DNA from: Planctomycetota bacterium
Lineage (GTDB): Bacteria; Planctomycetota; MHYJ01; WSZJ01
DNA length: 64,000 nucleotides
Direction: 5' to 3'
Assembly: GCA_038060895.1 (NCBI GenBank)
Contig: JBBTCT010000009.1
Span: forward strand, 176,082 to 240,081
The translations under genes and the position numbers were made by a program. The notes beneath the pieces were generated by a model that saw only the letters and a list, made by a program, of their open reading frames with translations, was not told where the DNA came from and searched no databases. Of the stretch, positions 50,614 through 60,871 are shown one piece after another; position 1 is the stretch's first letter, and every line of letters begins with the position of its first letter.

Positions 50614-52430
50614 TGGACAAGCTGCGGCCGGTCATTGCGATCGTCCTGTGCCTGGTGATCTGGGGCGTGTACTTCAAGTTCTTTGCGCCGGACACCCCGA
50701 AGTCGCAGCCGAAAAAGCCCACGCCGACCGAGATCGGAAAGGGGCCGGGCGGGACCAACGGCAACGGAACGATCGTTGAAAAGCCGCCGGTCGATCCGGC
50801 CCAGCCGCCGCCGGCCGCGTTCACCCACCCGGTCGTCGCCGTTGATAACACGGTCCTCGAGAACGAGGTCCTCCGCGTCGAGATCACAAATGCCGGCGCG
50901 TCCGTCCGACGGTTGATCCTCAAGGCGTACAAGGATCCCTTCGAGCGCGACGAACACGGCAACCGGAAAGATCTCGCCTTCCTCGATGAATTCCAGGCGG
51001 GATTCCGGTCTCTCTCGCTTCGAGACTCCGCGGGCGTGCTTCCCCTCGATACCGTCAACTGGGAAACCCTGGAAGCGCCCGCAGGAGAGGTGAAGTACCG
51101 GTACACGACGCCCGACGGGCTTCGGATCGTGAAGACGATCGGCTTGGGGCCGGAGAAGCACGCGGTGAAGTTGAAACTGGAGGTGGAGAACATCTCCGAG
51201 ACCCCGCTGGCGCGCGGCCTGGAATTGATCGGGGCGGCCGGGATCGTGCAGGAGGCGAGCGGCGGGATTTATCCGTCGGACGCGGCGGGGCTGTGGCGCG
51301 ACGGCAAGACCTATTCGGTCGACACCCATTCGAGCGGAAGCGGATGCTGCGGGCCCAGCGCGCCGCTCAAGGACCTGACCGCGAAAATGCGCGAAACGGA
51401 CCTTGCGGGCGTGTCCTGGAACGCCGCCGTGAACAAGTACTTCGTCTGCGCCATCATCCCTCGCCCCGAAGACCGCGCGTCGGTCGCGAAGTTCCGTTCG
51501 TGGGCCATCGAATTCAAGGCCGAGGCGAAACGAAAACTCGAACACGAGAAGATTTCGCGGTCAGACCCGAAGGCGAAAGAGCTGCTCGACTGGACCGTGA
51601 ATACCGTCGCCATCAGCGCGGTGCTGAAGGACCGCACCTGGCAGAAGGGGGAGAAATCCTCCACCGAGTGGGTGATCTTCGCCGGGCCGAAGGAGACCGA
51701 CGCGCTGAACGAGGGGCGCTTCAAGGACTGGCGTCTCGGGGACCTGCTCGACTTCGGCTGGTTCGGGATCATCAGCAAACTGCTCCTCACAATCATGGGG
51801 TGGATGCACTTCGTGTTCCGCAATTGGGGCCTCGCGGTCATCGCGCTCGTCCTCATCGTCCGCATGTGCATCTTCCCGATCTCAAAGAAGGCACAGGTCT
51901 CGATGTTCCGGATGCAGAAACTGCAGCCGCAGCTCAAGGTGATCCAGGAGCGCTACAAGGGCGACCCCTCGCGCGTGAACGCCGAGACGATGAAGTTCAT
52001 GAAAGAGCAGGGCGTAAACCCGATCGGCGGCTGCCTGCCGCTCTTCCTGCAGCTCCCCATCTTCCTCGGCCTCTACAACGCACTTCTCAGCGACATCCAC
52101 CTGCGCCAGCAGCCGTTCTTCGGCTGGATCAACGACCTGTCGCAACCCGACCACCTCGCGAATCTCCCGTTCAGCGTCCCGATGCACGCGACGAACGCTT
52201 TCAACCTCCTGCCGCTCGTCATGATGGCAACGTGGTTCATCCAGGCGTTCATGGCGCCTCGGAGCCCCGACCCGCAGATGGCGGCGCAGCAGAAGATGTT
52301 CATGATCATGCCGCTGGTGATCGGCTGGATGATGTACATGAGCCCCTCGGGCCTCGTGCTCTATTGGCTCGTGTCCACGGCGTGGGGCATCGCCGAGCAG
52401 CAGTACATCAAGAGGACGTACCTGAAGTAG
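50613..52430 (+). CDS. yidC: membrane protein insertase YidC
   Basis: Periplasmic domain; DFGWF, NWGLAVI, MQKLQP, GVNPIGGCLP..LQLPIF, WINDLSQPD, PSGLVLYW. Confidence 0.97.
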   Translation: MDKLRPVIAIVLCLVIWGVYFKFFAPDTPKSQPKKPTPTEIGKGPGGTNGNGTIVEKPPVDPAQPPPAAFTHPVVAVDNTVLENEVLRVEITNAGASVRRLILKAYKDPFERDEHGNRKDLAFLDEFQAGFRSLSLRDSAGVLPLDTVNWETLEAPAGEVKYRYTTPDGLRIVKTIGLGPEKHAVKLKLEVENISETPLARGLELIGAAGIVQEASGGIYPSDAAGLWRDGKTYSVDTHSSGSGCCGPSAPLKDLTAKMRETDLAGVSWNAAVNKYFVCAIIPRPEDRASVAKFRSWAIEFKAEAKRKLEHEKISRSDPKAKELLDWTVNTVAISAVLKDRTWQKGEKSSTEWVIFAGPKETDALNEGRFKDWRLGDLLDFGWFGIISKLLLTIMGWMHFVFRNWGLAVIALVLIVRMCIFPISKKAQVSMFRMQKLQPQLKVIQERYKGDPSRVNAETMKFMKEQGVNPIGGCLPLFLQLPIFLGLYNALLSDIHLRQQPFFGWINDLSQPDHLANLPFSVPMHATNAFNLLPLVMMATWFIQAFMAPRSPDPQMAAQQKMFMIMPLVIGWMMYMSPSGLVLYWLVSTAWGIAEQQYIKRTYLK

Positions 52431-52442
52431 GCCGGTCGAGGG

Positions 52443-53732
52443 TTGAAGGTGGAGACGATCGTCGCGCTCAGTTCCCCTCCCGGCCCGGCGGCGCGCGCTG
52501 TCATCCGGCTCTCCGGGCCCCGCGCACTCGAAATCGGCGCTTCCCTCTGCGGCGTCCCGCGCCCGTCGTGCCGAACCGCCGTTCGCGGCGCGTTCACGGC
52601 GTGCGGCGCCCAGGCGCCGGTGCTTCTGCTCGCCATGCCCGCGCCGCGCAGCTACACGCGCGAGGACGTCGCTGAGATGCACCTGCCGGGCGCTGCACCG
52701 ATCGTGGCCGAAGCGCTTCGGCGCGCCCTCGCGGCCGGCGCGCGGCACGCTCTTCCCGGCGAGTTCACGCGCCGCGCCTACGAAAACGGGCGCCTCTCGC
52801 TGGCGCAGGCTGAAGCGGTGATGTCCGTGATCCGCGCGGGCGACGACGCCTCCCTGCGGCTCGCGGCCGAGAGGCTGGCGGGGAAGGGCGGCCGGGCGCT
52901 GGACGCCGCATCGGACCTGCTCTCCTCGCTTGTCGCAGACGTGGAGGCGTCGATTGATTTCATCGAGCACGACGTGCCGTGCGTCGGGCGCGAAGAAGTG
53001 ATCGAGCGGGTTGCCGCGCTCGCCGAAAGGCTGTCGCGCGCCGGCTCCGGCGCAGCGCCGGCCGACGACGCGCCCCGCGTCGTTCTCGCCGGCCCGCCAA
53101 ACGCGGGAAAGACCTCGCTCTTCAACGCGCTCACCGGCGCCCGCGGCCTCGTTTCGCCGCTTCCCGGGACGACGCGTGATGCGCTCGAAGCGGACCTGGT
53201 CCTGGGATACCTTCTCGTCCGCATCTCCGATGCGCCGGGGGACGCGCCCTGCGAACCGGGCCCGGACGCTGAAGCCGCTTCGCGCGGCCGTTCGGCGCGC
53301 GACCGGGCGGACATCGTGCTGCACCTGCGCGACGGTTCGCGCCCCTTCAACGCCCCGGCGCTCGACCCCGCGCGGGAGCTCCTGGTGATCACCAAGGCCG
53401 ACCTCGGCTCTGCCCTGAGCGAGTCGAAGGGACTTGCCGTCTCTGCGCTCACTGGCGCGGGGATTCCCCGGCTGCGCGCGCGCATCGCCCTCCTGGCCCG
53501 TCGCCGCGCCGGGGAGTCAGACAGCGTTCTCTCGGCGCGCGAACGCGAAGCGACGCGACGGGCGACCGATGCGCTGGAGCGCGCCCGGCGAGCGGCTGCC
53601 GACGTGTTGGGCGAGGAGTTCATTGCGCTTGAATTGCGCGAGGCGCTCGACGCCCTGGGCGAGGCGGTCGGGGTGGTTAGTAGCGAGGAAGTTTTGGACC
53701 GCGTTTTCGCGAGGTTTTGTATTGGGAAGTGA
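52443..53732 (+). CDS. mnmE: tRNA modification GTPase MnmE
   Basis: TIVALSSPPG..IRLSG, PRSYTRED, PGEFTRRA, GPPNAGKTSL, PGTTRD, FCIGK; start may be GTG 52449. Confidence 0.9.
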   Translation: MKVETIVALSSPPGPAARAVIRLSGPRALEIGASLCGVPRPSCRTAVRGAFTACGAQAPVLLLAMPAPRSYTREDVAEMHLPGAAPIVAEALRRALAAGARHALPGEFTRRAYENGRLSLAQAEAVMSVIRAGDDASLRLAAERLAGKGGRALDAASDLLSSLVADVEASIDFIEHDVPCVGREEVIERVAALAERLSRAGSGAAPADDAPRVVLAGPPNAGKTSLFNALTGARGLVSPLPGTTRDALEADLVLGYLLVRISDAPGDAPCEPGPDAEAASRGRSARDRADIVLHLRDGSRPFNAPALDPARELLVITKADLGSALSESKGLAVSALTGAGIPRLRARIALLARRRAGESDSVLSAREREATRRATDALERARRAAADVLGEEFIALELREALDALGEAVGVVSSEEVLDRVFARFCIGK

Positions 53733-53744
53733 ACGTGACGTCGG

Positions 53745-53857
53745 TGGGAGTGGGTAGGTGGTAGGGGGTATTGGGTAGGAACGGCTTCGTCGTGGGGAGC
53801 GTTCCGTCGGCTGAGGAGCACTCCCCATTCGTGTTACTACCTGCTACTCCCTACTTC
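53745..53857. repeat. degenerate GGTAG-type short repeats in inverted arrangement between convergent genes
   Basis: gggagtgggtaggtggtagggggtattgggtagg ... ttactacctgctactccctacttcc. Confidence 0.6.
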
Positions 53858-54759
53858 CTGCCTTCCAGCCGTTCGAGCAACTCCCGCGCCCTGGCCGCGG
53901 CCTCGCAATCGTCACCCGCCGCGGTCTCCAGCAGAAGCGCTCGGGCCGCTTCCCCGGCGCGCGCCAGTCCGCGACTCGCCCTGTCGCGCACGGCTGCTTC
54001 TTCGTCGGCCAGGTCTCGAACCCAATTCGAAAGGTCTGCGGCCGTAATGGGCGTCCGCGCTTCACGGAATTCGTCCAGTTGTTGCGCCAGCGCCCCCGAC
54101 CAGTCCGACGCCTCCTCACCGCCGGGCTCTCCCCCCCGGGAGTGCAGCTCGGCGGCGTAGAGGCTGTGAAGCGTCTTTGCGAAGCAGAGACTTGAGACGA
54201 GCCGGTAGAACTCGCGCGCCCGGGCGAGAACGCCGCGGCCGGCACGGAATTCGTCGAGTTCGTTCGACAGCGACTGCCGGCGCGCTTCCCAGCCGGGGGA
54301 CCAGAGGCGCCAGCGTTCGAGGTTCTTGGTGGAGCTGCAGTCGTCGTGGAAGCGATGGAGTTCGTCGGTGAGCGAGACGATGCGCTCGTAAGCGGCGCCG
54401 AGCCAGGCGGCCTGAGGACGGGCGTAGGCTTCGCGCGCCTCTTCCGTTCCGGAGAGGACGTCGGCGCGGGCGGTGCTGCGCCCTGCGACGATATCGAGGG
54501 CGTAGGCTGCGGCGGGGAGGGCCCGGGGGCGGAGAAGGGACGAAAAGCGGCCGTTGGAAGCGATCGTTTCGCGCGTGGCGAGGACGAGCGGGTCGTCGGC
54601 GACACGGAGTTCGAGGGTGAGCGGTCCGTCGGGAGCGGTCCCCTCGACCCAGAGCGCTTGCGCGTCGGCGGAGAGCGAGATCCATTCGACGGTGGTCGTG
54701 AGGACGTCGCCGGCGCGCGCGGCGAGGGAGAGAGTCAGGAAGAGGAAAGTGGAGCGCAT
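53851..54759 (-). CDS. secreted hypothetical protein with C-terminal HEAT-like repeat
   Basis: Signal peptide; LADEEAAVRDRASRGL..D.EAAARARELL. Confidence 0.7.
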   Translation of the reverse strand: MRSTFLFLTLSLAARAGDVLTTTVEWISLSADAQALWVEGTAPDGPLTLELRVADDPLVLATRETIASNGRFSSLLRPRALPAAAYALDIVAGRSTARADVLSGTEEAREAYARPQAAWLGAAYERIVSLTDELHRFHDDCSSTKNLERWRLWSPGWEARRQSLSNELDEFRAGRGVLARAREFYRLVSSLCFAKTLHSLYAAELHSRGGEPGGEEASDWSGALAQQLDEFREARTPITAADLSNWVRDLADEEAAVRDRASRGLARAGEAARALLLETAAGDDCEAAARARELLERLEGRK

Positions 54760-54994
54760 CGGTTGCGTCAGGAGTTGCAAAGGCTGTGCCGCCACCGTGC
54801 GCCGACCCAGCGCAAAGTCTTGGTAAATTAGAAGTTGCGAAGGGCGTCCTGCGGCGAATCGGCGCGCTCGTTACGTCGACGGCCACAGTTACCGTCCGGT
54901 AACAATAGTCCCATGATCCTCTTGACGGGTACCCGCAGCCCATTCAGACTTCCTACTATCCCTAGCGGAGCGCAACGACCGCTTCCACCACCCC

Positions 54995-55456
54995 ATGCGA
55001 TGCCCCTTCTGCAAAGCTGATAACGACAAAGTCATCGACTCGCGCTCAACGAGCGACGGCGCGTCCATCCGCCGCCGCCGCGAATGCCTCGGCTGCAAGA
55101 AGCGCTACACAACCTACGAACGCTCCGAGGAACAGCCCCTCGTCGTCATCAAGAAGGACGGCACGCGCCAGCAGTTCGACCGGAAGAAGATTCTCGATGG
55201 GATCCGCAAGGCCTGCCAGAAGCGCCCGATCGAAACCCAGCGAATCGAAGACATCGTCGTTCGCATTGAACTGGACCTCTACGAGCGCTTCGAAAGGGAA
55301 GTCCCCTCGAAGGAAGTCGGCGAGCTCATCATGCGGGAACTTCGCGATCTTGACTCGGTCGCGTACGTGAGGTTCGCCTCGGTCTATCGCGCGTTCCAGG
55401 AAGCGAAAGACTTCGTGGATGCGGCGCAGCCGTTTGGCGAGAAGCCGAAAGGGTAG
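54995..55456 (+). CDS. nrdR: transcriptional repressor NrdR
   Basis: MRCPFC..VIDSR..IRRRREC..C.KRYTTYE, ATP cone, VAYVRFASVYR. Confidence 0.98.
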   Translation: MRCPFCKADNDKVIDSRSTSDGASIRRRRECLGCKKRYTTYERSEEQPLVVIKKDGTRQQFDRKKILDGIRKACQKRPIETQRIEDIVVRIELDLYERFEREVPSKEVGELIMRELRDLDSVAYVRFASVYRAFQEAKDFVDAAQPFGEKPKG

Positions 55457-55469
55457 GGTCGGAACCCGA

Positions 55470-57908
55470 TTACTTCCGCAAGCGCGAGTCCAATCGTTTC
55501 ACCGATGCCGCCGCGTCGGCCTGAACCCGCGGCGAAGGCGACTGCGCCGCAACCTTCGCGAGGACGTCACAGGCTTCGCGCGTTCCCATGCGCTCGAGTG
55601 CGGCGTTGGCGCGGAGTCGGCGAAGAATCGGGTTCCAGCTCACGAGGCCGCTCGACAGCCCATCGAGGTGCTTTTCGAGAACCGTGCGAAGGCGTGGGGT
55701 GGCCGCGGGACGGCGGGACGCGATGTTCACTTCGAATCGATCATTCATCGTCGCCAATTCTCCCATCCCGATTTCCTGTATCTCGGGGTCTTCCCTGGTC
55801 ATCCCGTGAATCGCGCGTTCCAGGGCAGCCAGTTGGGCCTGCGAGAGCGGAACCCGAAGGTCCCCGAAATCCAGCACTCGCGCCGAGAGGTCGTCGACGG
55901 ACGCAGGGGCCAACCGGAGTTGCTCCAGTGCCTTCCATGCGATCGCTGCGTCGTGAGACTGCAGGTCGTTCCAGCATTGATCGACATCGGTCCGTGCTCC
56001 CGACGCAGTCGCCCCCTCCAGGCGCCAGGCTTCGAGTCCGGTGAACCCCGAATTGGAGACGAGCATGGCGCCATCGGGCGAGAAGCAGGCGAGTGGCTTG
56101 CGGCTCGTTCCCATTTCCATCTTCAGGGAAGTGACGAACTTGCCGGTCCAGGCTTCGTGGAGATCCACGGTGCGATTTGAAGCGACGACATAGAGGCGGG
56201 CGTCTGGCGACCAGGCAATCGCATTCTCTCTCGGGTCGCTGACGACCAGGCGCGGGGCGCGAAGTCCTCGCAGCTCGACGCATTGCGGCTTGACCATTCC
56301 TGACTGCCTGTCCACCAGCTGAACTCCGGATCCGTCCGGGAGCCACTGGATCGTCGTCCGGAAGAATGTGTCGACTTCGGGCATCGGACCTGCTTCATCT
56401 GCTCCCGTTTCGGCGTTCCAGATTCTCAGGACTTTTCCTTGCGCGACTGCGAGACGTTTTCCGTCCGGGCTGAAGGCGACGGCAATCGAGTGGGACCGCA
56501 AGGTCGGAATCGTGATGCCCTCATTGCCTGCGCCGGGTTTCACCACCAGGAGTGATGTTTCGTCCAGCCCATATTCCAGATACGCCGCGCGCGTGCCATT
56601 GTCGGCAATGAGCACGGGTCGCTCCGAGCCTCCTCGTCTGGCGGTGGGCGTTTCAAGGAGTTCCCGTTCCCACGTCACGGCGGTCTTGGGCTTGGGTACA
56701 CCAAAGACCCTGTTTCCATCAGGCGTGAACACAGGCGCTGAGGTTCCATACACGTAGACGCCGGCCACCGAGCGAGTCCGACCAGTAGTCAGGTTCAGCA
56801 TTCGAAATGTGCCGTTCTGTGACTGGGTGGCTATTTCCTTGCCGTCCGGAGAGAACCCCATGGCAATCACGGCAAGGTCCGGATCGGGACCGCGAGATCG
56901 TTCCGACGCTTCCTGAATCGCTTCTGCGCGCGGCCGAATGCCCGGGCCGGCCAGCAGGAATTTCGCCGGATTCCCCGCAATGCGAAAGACCGTCGGGGAA
57001 CTCCGACCCCAGCCTGTGCGGAACCGGGACCACGCGCCCTGCACCGGCCAGATTATTTTCGTCTCACCGACAAGCGGAAGAACCAGTGCTCCATCCTGCG
57101 GAATCCAGCCGAACAGGCCGTTGGAAATCGCGGATGTTTCTGGAAGCGCGAGCAAGCACGTCTGGTTCGAAAGATCCCAGATCGCCGCTTCTCCCGTCGC
57201 AGAGAGGGCCGCGACCATGACTCCATCCCCGGACAGGCCGGTTTGAGTCACAGGGCTGCGGAATCCCGAGAATTCCTGTACTTCACTTCCATCTTCGGAC
57301 TTCAAGACGCGGACGGAACCGTCCTGAAAACCGGCGGCCACTCGCGAGCCGTCTCCCGAGATGCCGAAGGACGAGACGATTGGGACACGGGCTTCGGTTC
57401 GATAAAGAACCTTTGACGGCCCAAGCCAGACGGCCAGATCCCCAGCCTCCCCGATGGTGGACAGCCTCCCGTCCGGAAGAAATGCAATCCCGGCGACGCC
57501 CGACGCATGTCCCTGCCATCGCTTCAGATCGCACCCGTCGATGCCGCACCACGCGACTTGGCCGGTTTCGAACCCCCACGCGAGGCGTGTTCCTTCGGAA
57601 TTGAGCGAGATGCCGCGAAAGGCGGAGGCGTCCTCGAGAAGCGTGAAGCGGTTTTCTTTCGAGTGGACATCGCGAAGTCGGACGACGCCGCCCCGAGTCG
57701 CAAGGGCGACACGCGAGCCATCATCCGAGGCTCCCATGAAATCCCAGCCGGAGTCCTGGTCCAGGTAACACTCCGCGATGAGGCCGAGCGGTGGCCTGCC
57801 GGGTCCCTGGAGTTCGACCCTTGCAGGACGGAAGAGATCGGGCGCGTCTTCGGCAGCCGCCGGCGCTGTGAGAAAGAGGAGGACGGCTATCAGCGACGTG
57901 AAGCGCAT
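55470..57908 (-). CDS. secreted WD40-repeat protein with C-terminal helical domain
   Basis: Signal peptide MRFTSLIAVLL; GHASGVAGIAFLPDG, FSPDG repeats; WNDL..DAAIAWKA..RANAALERMGT. Confidence 0.85.
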   Translation of the reverse strand: MRFTSLIAVLLFLTAPAAAEDAPDLFRPARVELQGPGRPPLGLIAECYLDQDSGWDFMGASDDGSRVALATRGGVVRLRDVHSKENRFTLLEDASAFRGISLNSEGTRLAWGFETGQVAWCGIDGCDLKRWQGHASGVAGIAFLPDGRLSTIGEAGDLAVWLGPSKVLYRTEARVPIVSSFGISGDGSRVAAGFQDGSVRVLKSEDGSEVQEFSGFRSPVTQTGLSGDGVMVAALSATGEAAIWDLSNQTCLLALPETSAISNGLFGWIPQDGALVLPLVGETKIIWPVQGAWSRFRTGWGRSSPTVFRIAGNPAKFLLAGPGIRPRAEAIQEASERSRGPDPDLAVIAMGFSPDGKEIATQSQNGTFRMLNLTTGRTRSVAGVYVYGTSAPVFTPDGNRVFGVPKPKTAVTWERELLETPTARRGGSERPVLIADNGTRAAYLEYGLDETSLLVVKPGAGNEGITIPTLRSHSIAVAFSPDGKRLAVAQGKVLRIWNAETGADEAGPMPEVDTFFRTTIQWLPDGSGVQLVDRQSGMVKPQCVELRGLRAPRLVVSDPRENAIAWSPDARLYVVASNRTVDLHEAWTGKFVTSLKMEMGTSRKPLACFSPDGAMLVSNSGFTGLEAWRLEGATASGARTDVDQCWNDLQSHDAAIAWKALEQLRLAPASVDDLSARVLDFGDLRVPLSQAQLAALERAIHGMTREDPEIQEIGMGELATMNDRFEVNIASRRPAATPRLRTVLEKHLDGLSSGLVSWNPILRRLRANAALERMGTREACDVLAKVAAQSPSPRVQADAAASVKRLDSRLRK

Positions 57909-57983
57909 GGCTCCATTCAACCGGTCCGGCCCTCCAAAACGAAGCGCGACGTTTCGGAATCCGCCGCATAGAATCCGCACGCC

Positions 57984-58994
57984 ATGCGCATCTTCGTCAC
58001 CGGCGGCTGCGGGTTCATCGGCTCGAACTTCGTGCGGTTCCTGCTGCGCGAGCGGGCAGACGCGCACGTCACGAATTTTGACGCGCTGACGTACGCCGGC
58101 AATCTCGAAAACCTGGCCGGGATCGAGGAGCACCCGCGCTACCGCTTCGTGCACGGGTCTATTCTCGACCGCGCGGCGGTGGACGCGGCGCTGAAGGACG
58201 GGGCGGACATCGTGTACAACTTCGCGGCGGAGTCGCACGTGGACCGGTCGCTGTACGAGCCGCAGACCTTTCTCGACACGAACGTGAAGGGCACCTCGAC
58301 GCTGCTCGAGGCGGCGATGAAGGCGAAGGTGAAGCGGTTCGTGCAGGTCTCGACGGACGAGGTATACGGGTCGCTGGGGAAGGACGGGGTGTTCACGGAG
58401 GCGACCTCGATCAAACCGTCGAGCCCGTACAGCGCGGCGAAGGCGGCGGCGGACCTGTGGGTGCTGGCGTACCACCACTCGTTCGGCGCGGACGTCGTCG
58501 TCACGCGCTCGTCGAACAACTACGGGCCTTACCAGTTTCCTGAAAAACTCATCCCACTTTTTATTTCGAACGCCCTCGAGAACAAGCCGCTTCCGGTCTA
58601 CGGCGACGGCAAACAGGTTCGCGACTGGCTCTTTGTCGAGGACAACTGCCGCGGGATCGAGTTGTGCGGCGTGAAAGGCAAGTCCGGCGAGGTCTACAAC
58701 ATCGGCGGCAAGTGCGAGCGCGAGAATCTCACGGTTACGAAAGCGCTTCTCAAGGCCGTCGGCAAGCCCGAGAGCCTGATCCAGTACGTCGCGGACCGGC
58801 CCGGGCACGACCGGCGGTACGCGCTGGACATTTCCAAGATCGAGAAGGAGCTCGGGTGGAGCCCGAAGGTGACGTTCGAAGAAGGGCTGCCGGCGACGGT
58901 GAAGTGGTACCTGGAGCACCGCGAGTGGTGGGAGCGGGTGAAGAGCGGGGCGTACCGGGAGTACTACAAGCAGAACTACGGCAAGCGGCTCTAA
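57984..58994 (+). CDS. rfbB: dTDP-glucose 4,6-dehydratase
   Basis: VTGGCGFIGSNF, DALTYAGN, AAESHVDRS, STDEVYG, PYSAAKA, NNYGPYQFPEKLIP, DRPGHDRRYA. Confidence 0.97.
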   Translation: MRIFVTGGCGFIGSNFVRFLLRERADAHVTNFDALTYAGNLENLAGIEEHPRYRFVHGSILDRAAVDAALKDGADIVYNFAAESHVDRSLYEPQTFLDTNVKGTSTLLEAAMKAKVKRFVQVSTDEVYGSLGKDGVFTEATSIKPSSPYSAAKAAADLWVLAYHHSFGADVVVTRSSNNYGPYQFPEKLIPLFISNALENKPLPVYGDGKQVRDWLFVEDNCRGIELCGVKGKSGEVYNIGGKCERENLTVTKALLKAVGKPESLIQYVADRPGHDRRYALDISKIEKELGWSPKVTFEEGLPATVKWYLEHREWWERVKSGAYREYYKQNYGKRL

Positions 58995-59116
58995 GGAGTT
59001 CCGGTTCCGCGCGGACTGCCGGCCGGCAATCTGGAATGGGCCGGCGACGGGTAAAATGCGGACAGGACCTTTCCGGTTCTGCCCCGCGCGACCCTCGTTG
59101 AGCCAGGATTCCTCAC

Positions 59117-60802
59117 ATGAACGCATCTGCCGATGATCCTCCGATCCTTCGTGGGGGGTGCGTCCATCGGGCCCGCATGCGCTGGTTCGAGAAGCTCGTG
59201 GTCGCCGCGTACCGTCAGGGCGCGACGGTCATTCGGGCACGCGCCGGTCAGAGGTTCGCATTTCGATTCGGCGGAGAAACCCGAACGATTGGGACGCATC
59301 CGGTTCGAGAAGAGGATCTGCTCGATCGGTTGGGCGAGTTGCTTCCGAAGTCGCTGGCCAGATTTCTTCGCGTGGGCGGGCAGGTGGCGTTCGAATACGT
59401 CATCGTTCCATGGGCGCCGGCGCACGCTCACATATTTCACGGAGTTCGAGGGCTGGTCATGGGGGTCCGACTGGGCGGAGACGGTGAAGGAGTCCCGCAA
59501 CGCGCGACCCCGCCGGCGTCCAGGAAGCCGGTGCCGGGTGAAGAGGAGACTCAACTCTCGAAGCTGGTGCAGCCGTCTATCCCTCCGGATTCCGGAGAAC
59601 CGAATCTCCCGATCGCTCCGGTTTTCGGTGAAGGCGAGATCGAGATTCGTCCTTCCGAGCGGGACATTGACCGAATTCTTCGCGCGGCCTTCACCGCAGG
59701 CGCGAGCCAGGTGCTCATCAAGCCGCGCGCGCCGCTGGCGCTGAAAATCGGCGCGGGGTTCGTCCGCCCGGGCGCGCACGGCTTGTCTGCCGACTTCGTG
59801 GAGAAGCTGCTCGGCGAAATCCTGACGGCAGAGGAACGCTTCCTCCTGCTGCCGGACGCCGAGCTGCAGGTTGAAATCGGAGTGTGCCCGTTTGCGACCT
59901 GCGCCGCTGAAATCTTCCTCGGCGGCGGAGAGCCCAGTCTTCTCATCCGCCTTCCCGGGACCGAACTGACGCGGGAAGAGCCGCCTGCCGCGCCGCCTGC
60001 GGAGGCTCTCCGGCAGCCGCCGCCGAGCCTGACCGTCGAGGGATGCCGCCGGGAAATCCGCGATTGCATCCAGCAGTGCGCCCTGCTGCACGATCGCCGC
60101 GTCGCCGAGTCGGCGGCTGCGCGACAGAAGCGACCGGTTGCAGGGGAGGACTCGCGCGAGTTGCGGCTCGACTACGTGAAGTGGCTCGAATCCCGCCGGC
60201 GGTCGCGCCGCCTGATCGACCGGCTTCGCGCGGTCGTCTCCAGTACGGAGAGGGAGACGAGCCTGGAGATGGTCCGCGCGATTCTCCGGGAGTCCGTCGG
60301 GATCCATATCGAGATGAAGGACCTGAAGCCACCGCTGCCCGAGACACCGACGGCGGCCCCGGCCCTGGACCGCGGCTTCCCGGCGACCGGCTTTCCGCTC
60401 CTGAACGCAGGATTCGTGCTCGGTGCTTCCGAGTTGCTTCTGTTCGAAGGCGAAGTCCCCACCTACTTCATCAGCGGCGAGCCGAAGCGCCCGAGCTCGG
60501 CGCAGATTGCCCGGAAGGAGCTGGAAGCGCTTCTGGGCCTCTGGGAGACGGGCCCGGAGTACGACGCGGGCGAGGTCCCGGTGGCGGATGTGTTCCGGCT
60601 GAAGTTCACGAATGGGGACGTGGTGCGCGTCCTCGTGAAGCGGCAGGACGACCGTCTGGAAGTCACCGTGGTGTTCCTGAAAAGGGGAGGTGGAGCGGAA
60701 TCCGCCGGGGTGGGCGCCCTCCTCCCGAAGAATCCGCCGCGACCCTTCCTGCGCGCTCTTCCCCCGGATTCCGGCAATCAGAACCCTCCACTGCCGGCGT
60801 GA
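59117..60802 (+). CDS. protein with three degenerate PilT N-terminal domains and no ATPase domain
   Basis: Gapless manual alignment of repeats 1 and 2 to the N-terminal about 98 aa of the downstream PilT; no Walker A; start could be ATG 59177. Confidence 0.75.
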   Translation: MNASADDPPILRGGCVHRARMRWFEKLVVAAYRQGATVIRARAGQRFAFRFGGETRTIGTHPVREEDLLDRLGELLPKSLARFLRVGGQVAFEYVIVPWAPAHAHIFHGVRGLVMGVRLGGDGEGVPQRATPPASRKPVPGEEETQLSKLVQPSIPPDSGEPNLPIAPVFGEGEIEIRPSERDIDRILRAAFTAGASQVLIKPRAPLALKIGAGFVRPGAHGLSADFVEKLLGEILTAEERFLLLPDAELQVEIGVCPFATCAAEIFLGGGEPSLLIRLPGTELTREEPPAAPPAEALRQPPPSLTVEGCRREIRDCIQQCALLHDRRVAESAAARQKRPVAGEDSRELRLDYVKWLESRRRSRRLIDRLRAVVSSTERETSLEMVRAILRESVGIHIEMKDLKPPLPETPTAAPALDRGFPATGFPLLNAGFVLGASELLLFEGEVPTYFISGEPKRPSSAQIARKELEALLGLWETGPEYDAGEVPVADVFRLKFTNGDVVRVLVKRQDDRLEVTVVFLKRGGGAESAGVGALLPKNPPRPFLRALPPDSGNQNPPLPA

Positions 60803-60871
60803 AACCTGTTAAACTTTAACATCTTCACCACACGCCCTTAGACCCGCACCGCGATCCAGGAGCCGAAGCCA

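Noticed and set aside
55470-59126. 1218-aa minus-strand ORF
   Set aside because: The first about 405 codons are antisense to rfbB; a signal peptide marks the start at 57908
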